DNA of 40,697 nt from Gaiellaceae bacterium (lineage in GTDB: Bacteria > Actinomycetota > Thermoleophilia > Gaiellales > Gaiellaceae). The first letter of the stretch is position 1. Every line of letters begins with the position of its first letter. Of this stretch, positions 25,562-34,220 are shown one piece after another. The notes under the pieces were generated by a model. That model saw only the letters and a list, made by a program, of their open reading frames with translations. It was not told the origin of the DNA and made no database searches. Made by a program: the position numbers and the translations under genes. The stretch spans positions 1 through 40,697 of the forward strand of contig DATHAG010000002.1 of the NCBI GenBank assembly GCA_035296825.1, read 5' to 3'.

Positions 25562-26410
25562 CTAATTGGCGAAATCGATCCGAACAGGCTCGTCGAAGGC
25601 GCCTGCTCGCTCGCCGCGCTCGAGAAGCTCGCGAACCGCTTGCCGACCCTCGTCGCCGTAGTCCTGTGTCAGCTCGTTCACGTACATCCCTACGAAGCGG
25701 TCCGCGAGCCCCGAGTCGAGGTCACGCCCATACTGCATCGCATAGGCAAGGGCCTCCGTGCGGCTCGAGAGCCCTGCCTCGATCGACTCGGCCAGCACTT
25801 CGCACAGCTCGTGCAGAGTCTCCGGACCGAGATCCCGACGCGCGACGCTGATCCCCAGTGGCAGGGGAAGGCCCGTCTCCAGCAGCCACCACTCGCCGAG
25901 ATCGATGATCCGGTGAAACCCCTGACGCTCGTACGTGAGCTGGCCCTCGTGGATGAGGAGTCCGGCGTCCGAGCGCCCGAAACGGACCTCCGCCATGACC
26001 TGGTCCGACGCGACCTCGCGGTGGCGAAAGTCCCTGCCGAAAAAGAGGCGCAGGACGAGATACGCCGTCGTCATCCGCCCCGGCACGGCGATCTCGAGGC
26101 CGCGAAGGTCGTCCGGACTCAAAGGCTCGCGAGTAATGACCACAGGTCCGTATCCGGAGCCCATGGTGGCTCCGTGGGGAAGAATGATGTAGCGGCGCTG
26201 CACGAACGGGTAGGTGTGCAGCGAGATCGCGCTCACCTCGAGCCGGCCCTCGAGCGCCCATTCATTGAGCGTCTGCGTGTCCTGAAGAACGTGCTCGAAC
26301 TCAAACGCACGCTGATCGACCGCGCCTGAAGCGAGACCCCAGAACATGAATGCATCCTCCGGATTGGGGCTGTGGCCGAGCCGAATCAGCAAGGCGGCCG
26401 AGGGTAGCAA
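25562..26410 (-). CDS. MqnA/MqnD (VitK2_biosynth, PBP-fold) family protein, MqnD-like
   Basis: 282 aa. IRLGHSPNPEDAFMFWGL resembles the MqnD G-x-SPCPND-F motif; the ISLH and LLIHEGQLT motifs are typical. TTG start, ambiguous (26410 or 26392). Confidence 0.6.
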   Translation of the reverse strand: MLPSAALLIRLGHSPNPEDAFMFWGLASGAVDQRAFEFEHVLQDTQTLNEWALEGRLEVSAISLHTYPFVQRRYIILPHGATMGSGYGPVVITREPLSPDDLRGLEIAVPGRMTTAYLVLRLFFGRDFRHREVASDQVMAEVRFGRSDAGLLIHEGQLTYERQGFHRIIDLGEWWLLETGLPLPLGISVARRDLGPETLHELCEVLAESIEAGLSSRTEALAYAMQYGRDLDSGLADRFVGMYVNELTQDYGDEGRQAVRELLERGERAGAFDEPVRIDFAN

Positions 26411-26459
26411 TGCCTCTCCGGTCGCGACGCGGGGAGCGGCGCCTCGTACACTTTGAGAC

Positions 26460-27119
26460 GTGTCTAAACCTGTTCTCAGCGAAGCGATCCAGGATTACCT
26501 GAAGGAGATCTACAAGCTCCACGCGGCGGGCGAACATGCGACCACTTCGGCGATCGCACGGCGGATGGGGGTCGCTCCGTCGTCGGTGACGTCGATGCTG
26601 AAGAAGCTCGCCGTCCTCGGGCTGGCTGACCACGCTCCTTACCAGGGGGTCGAGCTCACCGAGGCCGGCAGGAAAATCGCTCTCGAGGTGATCCGGCACC
26701 ACCGCCTTCTGGAGCAGTACCTGGCGCAAACCCTGGGTCTCGGGATCGACGCCGTGCACGCCGAGGCCGACCGGTTGGAGCACGTCATCTCCGAGGAGCT
26801 CGAGGCGCGGATCGATCAGGCGCTCGGGTATCCCACGCACGACCCCCACGGAGATCCCATTCCCGACGCCGCTCTGAACGTCGAGCGCCCGAAGCTCCGG
26901 TCCCTTGACGCGCTCGTACCGGGCGAGGCGGCGACCGTCAAGAGGATCCCCGACGGGGACGCGGGCCTCCTCCGATATCTGGCCGAGCTCGACCTGCTTC
27001 CAGGATGCCTCGTGACCGTCCGGAGCGCGGCGCCCTTCGGCGGGCCGGTCACGATCGACGTCGCCGGGAGCGAGCACGCCATCTCCCGCGAGCTCGCGGG
27101 GCAGATCGGCGTCGCCTAA
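26460..27119 (+). CDS. DtxR/IdeR/MntR-family metal-dependent transcriptional regulator with C-terminal SH3-like (FeoA) domain
   Basis: 219 aa, GTG start. LSEAIQDYLKEIYKLH...TSAIARRMGVAPSSVTSMLKKLA, RHHRLLEQYL, HAEADRLEHV, DPHGDPIP. Confidence 0.88.
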   Translation: MSKPVLSEAIQDYLKEIYKLHAAGEHATTSAIARRMGVAPSSVTSMLKKLAVLGLADHAPYQGVELTEAGRKIALEVIRHHRLLEQYLAQTLGLGIDAVHAEADRLEHVISEELEARIDQALGYPTHDPHGDPIPDAALNVERPKLRSLDALVPGEAATVKRIPDGDAGLLRYLAELDLLPGCLVTVRSAAPFGGPVTIDVAGSEHAISRELAGQIGVA

Positions 27120-27132
27120 CTCTCAGCTACTC

Positions 27133-27498
27133 CTAGTGAAGAGGGTGACCGAAGAACCAACGCTCGAGCGGCTTCAGTAGCTCGTCCTCGACGAACGGCT
27201 CTACGTTCTCGTTCAGCCCATCGCCCGTCGACACACTGAGGTCGTCCGACAGCGCATTGTTCGCAGCCTCGAGTGCGTCTCCCATCTCGTAGCCCTCGAA
27301 CACGAAGTCCTCGTGCCGAGGTGCGACGACGGGACGGGACTTGGGGTCGATCGCCCGGCCGACCGACCAGATCGCACCGGGCCTTCGCTCGATCCAGATC
27401 ACGATCTCCTCGCGAACGCCGTCCTCGCCGACACCATGCAGCACGCGCTGCGCGAACCGCTTCGCCTCCGCGTCTCGCTCCACGGCGTCAGGATACAA
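27133..27498 (-). CDS. Hypothetical acidic protein (about 116-121 aa), no family recognised
   Basis: By hand inspection, third-position G+C is high in this frame (roughly four fifths), and the composition is non-Arg-rich and acidic. Start is ambiguous (TTG 27498 or GTG 27483). Confidence 0.5.
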   Translation of the reverse strand: MYPDAVERDAEAKRFAQRVLHGVGEDGVREEIVIWIERRPGAIWSVGRAIDPKSRPVVAPRHEDFVFEGYEMGDALEAANNALSDDLSVSTGDGLNENVEPFVEDELLKPLERWFFGHPLH

Positions 27499-27499
27499 T
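27494..27499 (+). promoter_or_regulatory. -10-like hexamer TACAAT positioned for a leaderless transcript of the 27506 gene
   Basis: TACAAT is followed by 6 nt (CGACGC) and then GTG at 27506. No Shine-Dalgarno sequence. This geometry is typical of actinobacterial leaderless mRNAs. Confidence 0.35.
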
Positions 27500-27505
27500 C
27501 GACGC

Positions 27506-27766
27506 GTGGGCTTCCTTCAGCGCCTGTTCAAGGGAGAGGAGAAAGAGACCTCCACCGCTTCGCGCGGGAGCTCGAAGGAGGAGGCGCTCGCCGCGTACAT
27601 CGTTCGCGAACACCGGCTCGGCCGCTCGATCGAAGAGATCCTCGAGGACCCGTACCTGAAGAACCGTGCGAGCGAGGAGCAGCGCCGTCGTCTGCTCGAG
27701 CGCCCCGAGGTGATCCACGCAATCGGCGAGGACACCGCGGCCATGGCCCGCGAGCGGATCACCTAG
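27506..27766 (+). CDS. Hypothetical small charged protein (86 aa), no family recognised
   Basis: In-frame GTG within ORF 27341-27766; the upstream part of that ORF is antisense to the 27133-27498 gene. Third-position G+C is very high from 27506 on. Sequence VGFLQRLFKGEEKE...LGRSIEEILEDPYLKNRASEEQRRRLLERPEVIHAIGED. Confidence 0.5.
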   Translation: MGFLQRLFKGEEKETSTASRGSSKEEALAAYIVREHRLGRSIEEILEDPYLKNRASEEQRRRLLERPEVIHAIGEDTAAMARERIT

Positions 27767-27778
27767 ACAGCGACCTGT

Positions 27779-28705
27779 CTACAGCGTGGTACCGGCGCCA
27801 CGCTCGGTCGCGCGGTCCAGTACAAGCTTGGCGACCGCGAGGTCCTCAGCCGCGATGCCGAGGCTCTTGAACAGGACGATGTCGTCTTGGCTCTGCCGGC
27901 CCGCGACCTCTTCTCCGACGACCTCGGCTAGCTCGTGCACCTCCAGCCAGTCGAGCACGCCGCGCTCCACGGGCTCCACAAGGTCGCCGGCCTCGACCAG
28001 CGCCTGCTCCTTCGAGTCGCAGCACACGAAGGCCGCACGTTCCACGAGCGCGTTGTCGAGCTCGCGAGCCTCCAGGCGATTGGCACCCACCGCGCATACG
28101 AGTGCTCCGGGACGAAGCCACTCGCCGCGGAGAACCGGGTCCTTGGACGTCGTCGCCGTGACGACGATGTCCTGTTCGGCGGCCTCTCGGTTGTACTCCG
28201 CGGCTTCGGCGTCCAGTCGGGAGCAGAACTCACTGAGCCGTTCCTCGTTGCGGCAGTAGGCGACGACGCGCTCGATCGGGAGCGCTGAGCGGATCGACTC
28301 CACCTGGCTCTCGGCCTGCCAGCCGCAGCCGATGATTCCTAGGGAGGCGGCCCCTTCTCGGGCGAGATGCCGCGCTGCAACGGCGCTCGCGGCCCCGGTT
28401 CGCCGCTGGCCCAACCTGTCGGCTTCGATGAGCGCGAGGAGCTCGGGCCGGTCGGCCGCGAACAAGGCGACCACGAACTTGGCGCCCTCCGCGAAGCCGA
28501 CATACGCCTTGAGTCCGGCAACTCCGAGCTCGAGGTCCGCAGCCGACAGGACGTGCATGAGACCGGCCTCGAGCCCGAGCCGGTAACGCGGGCGGTTCTC
28601 GACAGCGCCCCGCGCAATTCGCCCGAAGCAGGCCTCGACCGCTTCGACGGCGTCGGCTGCCGACAACAGCTGGTCGACATCGGCCTCGCGCAGGTAGAGA
28701 GGCAT
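27779..28705 (-). CDS. Ornithine cyclodeaminase / mu-crystallin family NAD-dependent enzyme
   Basis: MPLYLREADVDQLL start (ATG 28705; the ORF track begins at GTG 28720). Rossmann motif LGIIGCGWQAESQVESI, and VCAVGANRLEARELD. Confidence 0.85.
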   Translation of the reverse strand: MPLYLREADVDQLLSAADAVEAVEACFGRIARGAVENRPRYRLGLEAGLMHVLSAADLELGVAGLKAYVGFAEGAKFVVALFAADRPELLALIEADRLGQRRTGAASAVAARHLAREGAASLGIIGCGWQAESQVESIRSALPIERVVAYCRNEERLSEFCSRLDAEAAEYNREAAEQDIVVTATTSKDPVLRGEWLRPGALVCAVGANRLEARELDNALVERAAFVCCDSKEQALVEAGDLVEPVERGVLDWLEVHELAEVVGEEVAGRQSQDDIVLFKSLGIAAEDLAVAKLVLDRATERGAGTTL

Positions 28706-28749
28706 GGCTGGATAATCCACGAACGTGGAAGGAGCTGCGCAGGTCCGAA

Positions 28750-29064
28750 ATGACGGTCTCGCCCGAACGCTGGCTTAGTGTGCCCGCCAACGTCCTCGGT
28801 GAGGACGGACGCGCGGTGATCGCGACCGCCGAGGGAGACGTGGCGCTGCTCCGCGTGGGAGGCGAGCTCTATGCGGTCGACAATGCCTGCCCTCACGAGG
28901 GCAACCCGCTTATCGAGGCCGACGTCCTGGGGCAGACCCTGGTTTGTGTCTATCACGGGTGGCGCTTCGACCTGGAGACCGGAGCGTGCCTCGCCGGTGA
29001 GGAGCCCGTGCGGCGCTACCACGTGGAGGCCCGGGGCGACCGGATCTGGATCGACCTCGGCTAG
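28750..29064 (+). CDS. Small Rieske [2Fe-2S] protein (NirD-like)
   Basis: 104 aa. Rieske ligands CPHEG ... CVYHGWRFDLETG. Confidence 0.85.
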   Translation: MTVSPERWLSVPANVLGEDGRAVIATAEGDVALLRVGGELYAVDNACPHEGNPLIEADVLGQTLVCVYHGWRFDLETGACLAGEEPVRRYHVEARGDRIWIDLG

Positions 29065-29068
29065 AAGG

Positions 29069-29980
29069 CTAGAGGCGCACGCGGCTCCAGGGGATTCCGG
29101 GATCGCTGTACGCGGCAGGGTGAAGGAGATAGGCGAGGAGCTCGATACCGTCGGCGAGCCGCGGACCGGGACGGGAGAAATAGGCGTTGCCGTCCACCGC
29201 GAAAACCCTGCTGTCTCGGCGGGCCGCTGTACCCAGAAGGTGCGCGCTCAGATCGAGCGTAACGACCTCGCCGAGCGTCCTGTCGAGGTCGAAGCCACAG
29301 GGGGCCAGCACGACTACGTCGGGATCGAGTTCGGCGACGTCGAGCCAGCGCATACGGTGTGAAGGCTCACCGGACATTCCGGCGACGTCGACCCCACCTG
29401 CGATCGCGACCATGTCGGGCACCCAGTGTCCGGCCGAGTAAGGAGGCTCGATCCACTCGGAGATGAAGATCCGCGGCGCTCGCTCGATCCCCAACAGTGC
29501 ACCTTGCACCCGGTCCACACGCGCTCGCATGCCTGCAACCAGCTCGGCGGCTGCCGCGTCCGCACCGAGCCATGAGCCCAGGGAGACGATGCCGTCCAGC
29601 ACGTCCTCGAAGGTCGACGGTGAGAAGTCGATAACGCCGACGTCGATCTTGGTCAGCGCGATAGCGTCGTCGACCCCGCTGCGGGAGACGGCACACACCT
29701 CGCAGAGCTCCTGCGCAACGACGATGTCGGCCGCAACCTCCCGCCAGACGTCCGCATCGATCGCGTACAGAGGACGGCCGGACGCCGCCGCCTCGGAGAC
29801 TGCCGCATCGATCTCGGCGCTTGAGAGATCCCCGGTCTGGACGAGCGACGCGGTGACGACCGGCCGCTCGCGCGCCTCGGGAGGCCAGTCGCACTCATGC
29901 GTGACGCCGACGACCCGATCGCCGAGCCCGAGCGCGAAGAGGATCTCCGTAGCCGCCGGAACGAGCGAGCAAACTCTCAT
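29069..29980 (-). CDS. BtuF/TroA-like (class III) substrate-binding protein without signal peptide (cobalamin/metal-chelate binding family)
   Basis: 303 aa. MRVCSLVPAATEILFALGLGDRVVGVTHECDWPPEA is typical of the BtuF-like family. No N-terminal hydrophobic leader or lipobox. Confidence 0.75.
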   Translation of the reverse strand: MRVCSLVPAATEILFALGLGDRVVGVTHECDWPPEARERPVVTASLVQTGDLSSAEIDAAVSEAAASGRPLYAIDADVWREVAADIVVAQELCEVCAVSRSGVDDAIALTKIDVGVIDFSPSTFEDVLDGIVSLGSWLGADAAAAELVAGMRARVDRVQGALLGIERAPRIFISEWIEPPYSAGHWVPDMVAIAGGVDVAGMSGEPSHRMRWLDVAELDPDVVVLAPCGFDLDRTLGEVVTLDLSAHLLGTAARRDSRVFAVDGNAYFSRPGPRLADGIELLAYLLHPAAYSDPGIPWSRVRL

Positions 29981-30064
29981 TCAGAGCACCCTAGTCGCTG
30001 ATCGAAACCGCCTTCGATTCGTCATTGCTCCGGCCAGCGGTGTCCGGACTCGAAGGCGCTTAGG

Positions 30065-30137
30065 TGCGCCCGGCAAGATTCGAACTTGCGACCTCTGCCT
30101 CCGCAGGGCAGCGCTCTATCCCCTGAGCTACGGGCGC
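30065..30137 (-). tRNA. tRNA-Arg, anticodon GCG (as folded by hand)
   Basis: Minus strand: GCGCCCG TA GCTC AGGGGATA GAGC G CTGCC CTGCGGA GGCAG AGGTC GCAAG TTCGAAT CTTGC CGGGCGC A. This is a perfect cloverleaf. It is nearly identical in stems to E. coli tRNA-Arg(CCG) as I recall it, but with G at position 34. The 3' CCA is not fully encoded (CCT). Confidence 0.85.
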
Positions 30138-30188
30138 GCGAATGCCTAGTGTAGATGGTTGATGGCCAAGTACCGCACCAATCAGCGA

Positions 30189-31007
30189 TCAGCCATCTAG
30201 CGGGCGGGCCGCGGAGGCCCCGACGGCCAGCTCGGCCTCCGGAGGCACCTCCGAGCGGACGTAGGCGAGGGCGACGAGCGCGCCGTTCGCCAGCGCGGAG
30301 CTCGTCACCCGACCGACGACCTTGTCGCCCAGACGGACCTCGGCGTCGGGCGGGAGAGGCGAATCGGTCTCGACCCGAAGGACGCGGAGGCCGCGATTGG
30401 CATGGCCGCGATAGTGGAGGCGCGCGATCGGCTCCTGACCCGGGTAGCAGCCTTTCGTCAGGCTAACGGCCCGCTCGACGAGGCCCGCCTCGGCCGGCAG
30501 GACGCGGTCGTCGATCTCGCGCCCGAAGCGGGGTGTCCCTGCTTCGATCCGGAGCCGCTCGAGCTCCTCCTCGGGGACCCGGGGAAGGTCGGCCGGAGCA
30601 GCTTCGTCCAGCACCTCGCAGACCGGCTCGCCGTAGTCCATGGTCCCGACTGACAAGGCTGCGCCGGCCGGCGGACCTCCCAGGAGAAGGAAGCTCTCGT
30701 GATCCTCGAACTCCACGTCGAGGCGAGCGGCGAAGCGGAACGCAAGCAGGTGCGAGCGAACGATTTCGGCAAGCTCTGGCTCGGTCAAAAGCAGGAAGTC
30801 CTGCTGCGCGCGGCGGACGACCGTAAGCGGCGCGATCACGCGGGCCTTCGGTGTCAGGAGGAGCGCCTCACAGGCCTCGCCGGCACCGAGCACGGCGACG
30901 TCGTTGGAGACCATGCGCTGCAGATAGTCCTCCGCCCCGGGCCCGCGCACACCCACGAAGCCGCGTGGGCGCCGGCCGACTGCTGGTCTCGAACCGTGCG
31001 GAGGCAT
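30189..31007 (-). CDS. ygfZ: Folate-binding YgfZ/CAF17-family protein (GcvT-like fold; Fe-S cluster repair/tRNA modification factor)
   Basis: ATG 31007 (MPPHGSRPAV...). The upstream 64 codons of ORF 30189-31199 are Arg-rich and likely non-coding. Signature TKGCYPGQEPIARLHYRG (the KGCYxGQE motif). Confidence 0.85.
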   Translation of the reverse strand: MPPHGSRPAVGRRPRGFVGVRGPGAEDYLQRMVSNDVAVLGAGEACEALLLTPKARVIAPLTVVRRAQQDFLLLTEPELAEIVRSHLLAFRFAARLDVEFEDHESFLLLGGPPAGAALSVGTMDYGEPVCEVLDEAAPADLPRVPEEELERLRIEAGTPRFGREIDDRVLPAEAGLVERAVSLTKGCYPGQEPIARLHYRGHANRGLRVLRVETDSPLPPDAEVRLGDKVVGRVTSSALANGALVALAYVRSEVPPEAELAVGASAARPLDG

Positions 31008-31065
31008 GGCCCCAGTGTAGGAAGCGCGCGGTACGCCGCGGCGTCCCTCGTTCGAGCCACCCCTT

Positions 31066-32064
31066 TTGAGGGTGGTGGCAACCAGGCTCCGACCCGATGC
31101 ATGGAACGTGGCCTCACGCTTCCGCCTGCTTCTGCTCCTGGCTTCGGCTCTCGTCGGGCTCATGGCCGTTTCGTCGGCTTCCGCGAGCGAGATCGTCACC
31201 AGAAACGCGAAGAACGTCAGCTTGAAGGTCGACTCGAAAGGTCGCGCGGTCGTCTATTACACGGTTGGCACCAAACGTTTCTACCCGGTCTTCTGGGGCG
31301 CGGTCAACGCGCGGCCGCCGAGCCGAACTCGTGCGCAAGTCGCATTCAAGCGTGACTACTCGGGCGGCTACATGAAGCTCGGCACCCCGCTCTGGAAAAA
31401 GATCAAAAACGTCTGTCGTCCGTACACCGGTCCGCGGCTCGCCTGGTACAAGGCCGGTTGCACCGCCCCTGATGGGAGTCACTGGGTGCTCCAGAGCTGG
31501 CAGCGTCGCCTTCCCAACCTCGGCATGACGCCTTGGCTCGCCTCGCAGCGCGTATGGGAGCTTCATCTTTCACATTTCACCGGCGCCCCGGCCGTCCTCG
31601 AGATTTACACGGACTACATCTACTACGGCGGTCTCTACCACCACCTGTTCGGCCGGCTTACATACCAGGGCAAGCCGGTCTACGGCTTCGACAACACGAG
31701 TAGCGGAAATCCGACGGATAGCTACGGGCGGAACGTCTACGTCGACACCTTCAATTCGCGCTACGCGAGCGGATGGAGACGCGAGAACGGTTTCCTCTCA
31801 CACCGTTTCGGCGGCACCTTCTGCTACGGGTTCTACCCGCACGAGCGCTACGCGTCCTTCCCGGACGGCCCACGCCGACCGCAAGGGAATGGCGAGGCCT
31901 ACCGCGCGACCGTGATCGGCCCAGGAGTCAGCCCGGACGCCTTCTGGTCAGGACCAGGTCTTCCCGAGTGGACGAACTCTCCAGAGCAGAACAAGCTCGA
32001 AGAGCGAATGAACAGGATCTCCAGCACCATGATGGCGAACGACGACAAGTGCCAGCGCACCTAG
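31066..32064 (+). CDS. Secreted hypothetical protein, Tyr/Trp/Gly/Arg-rich, no family recognised
   Basis: Signal peptide RFRLLLLLASALVGLMAVSSASA/SE. Start ambiguous (TTG 31066, GTG 31072/31075/31108). Mature part about 300 aa with YTDYIYYGGLYHHLFGRLTYQGKPVYGFDN. Lower G+C than its neighbours. Confidence 0.6.
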   Translation: MRVVATRLRPDAWNVASRFRLLLLLASALVGLMAVSSASASEIVTRNAKNVSLKVDSKGRAVVYYTVGTKRFYPVFWGAVNARPPSRTRAQVAFKRDYSGGYMKLGTPLWKKIKNVCRPYTGPRLAWYKAGCTAPDGSHWVLQSWQRRLPNLGMTPWLASQRVWELHLSHFTGAPAVLEIYTDYIYYGGLYHHLFGRLTYQGKPVYGFDNTSSGNPTDSYGRNVYVDTFNSRYASGWRRENGFLSHRFGGTFCYGFYPHERYASFPDGPRRPQGNGEAYRATVIGPGVSPDAFWSGPGLPEWTNSPEQNKLEERMNRISSTMMANDDKCQRT

Positions 32065-32085
32065 CCGCCGCCTGATCCCAAGAAA

Positions 32086-32113
32086 AAGAGGGCGGCCCGT
32101 GGGCCGCCCTCTT
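32086..32113. terminator. Bidirectional intrinsic terminator (12-bp GC-rich stem, 4-nt loop, A-tract / T-tract flanks)
   Basis: aaaaAGAGGGCGGCC cgtg GGCCGCCCTCTTtcgtt, between the convergent secreted-protein gene and groEL. Confidence 0.7.
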
Positions 32114-32136
32114 TCGTTCCTCGCGCTGGGCGAGAG

Positions 32137-33768
<1,632 letters not shown>

Positions 33769-33788
33769 TCAGTTTCCTCCGTTGTTCT

Positions 33789-34133
33789 CTAGGCGGTTGC
33801 GCCGGCGAGCTCTTTCTTCTTCGAGCTCTTGGGCCTCTTCGAGCTCGTCACGACTTTCGCGAGCACATCTGACTCGCGGAGAATCAGGTACTCGTCGGAG
33901 CCGAGGCGAATCTCGGTGCCGCCGTACTTGGAGAAGATGATCTCGTCACCCTCCTCCAGTTCCATCTTGATGTACTCCCCGTCCTCGTCACGCGGACCAG
34001 GGCCCACGGCGAGAACGCTGCCGCGCTGCGGCTTCTCCTTGGCGGTGTCAGGAAGGACGATCCCACTTGTGGTCGTCATGTCTTCCTCGAGCACCTCGAC
34101 GATCAGACGATCGCCCAGCGGCTTCAAGTTCAT
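33789..34133 (-). CDS. groES: Co-chaperonin GroES (Cpn10) with Lys/Ser-rich C-terminal extension
   Basis: ATG 34133 preceded by [56 protein letters not shown]...[11 protein letters not shown] is followed by an extra [19 protein letters not shown]. Confidence 0.95.
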   Translation of the reverse strand: MNLKPLGDRLIVEVLEEDMTTTSGIVLPDTAKEKPQRGSVLAVGPGPRDEDGEYIKMELEEGDEIIFSKYGGTEIRLGSDEYLILRESDVLAKVVTSSKRPKSSKKKELAGATA

Positions 34134-34162
34134 CCAGCTTTCCTCCTTGCTCGACGTACTTC

Positions 34163-34189
34163 TTGGCACTCTCAGAGCGAGAGTGACAA
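34163..34189. promoter_or_regulatory. CIRCE (HrcA operator) element 1, TTGGCACTC-N9-GAGTGACAA
   Basis: Matches the TTAGCACTC-N9-GAGTGCTAA consensus with 3 mismatches. Lies 30-56 nt upstream of the groES ATG. Confidence 0.7.
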
Positions 34190-34220
34190 CGACCATGATA
34201 CAGAAAACCGACGCCGGTTT

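Noticed and set aside
29981-30064. Possible cobalamin riboswitch or metal-regulator box upstream of the BtuF-like gene
   Set aside because: Only about 84 nt are available before the tRNA gene, far shorter than a cobalamin riboswitch. I saw only a short ATCGAA-N6-TTCGAT hairpin and no B12-box-like or IdeR-box-like sequence.
30065-32117. tRNA-adjacent genomic island (integrase, att repeats) around the low-GC secreted-protein gene
   Set aside because: No integrase or recombinase ORF is present, and by eye I found no duplicated copy of the tRNA 3' end. The housekeeping ygfZ gene lies between the tRNA and the low-GC gene. The compositional dip is reported as a finding, but an island call is not supported.
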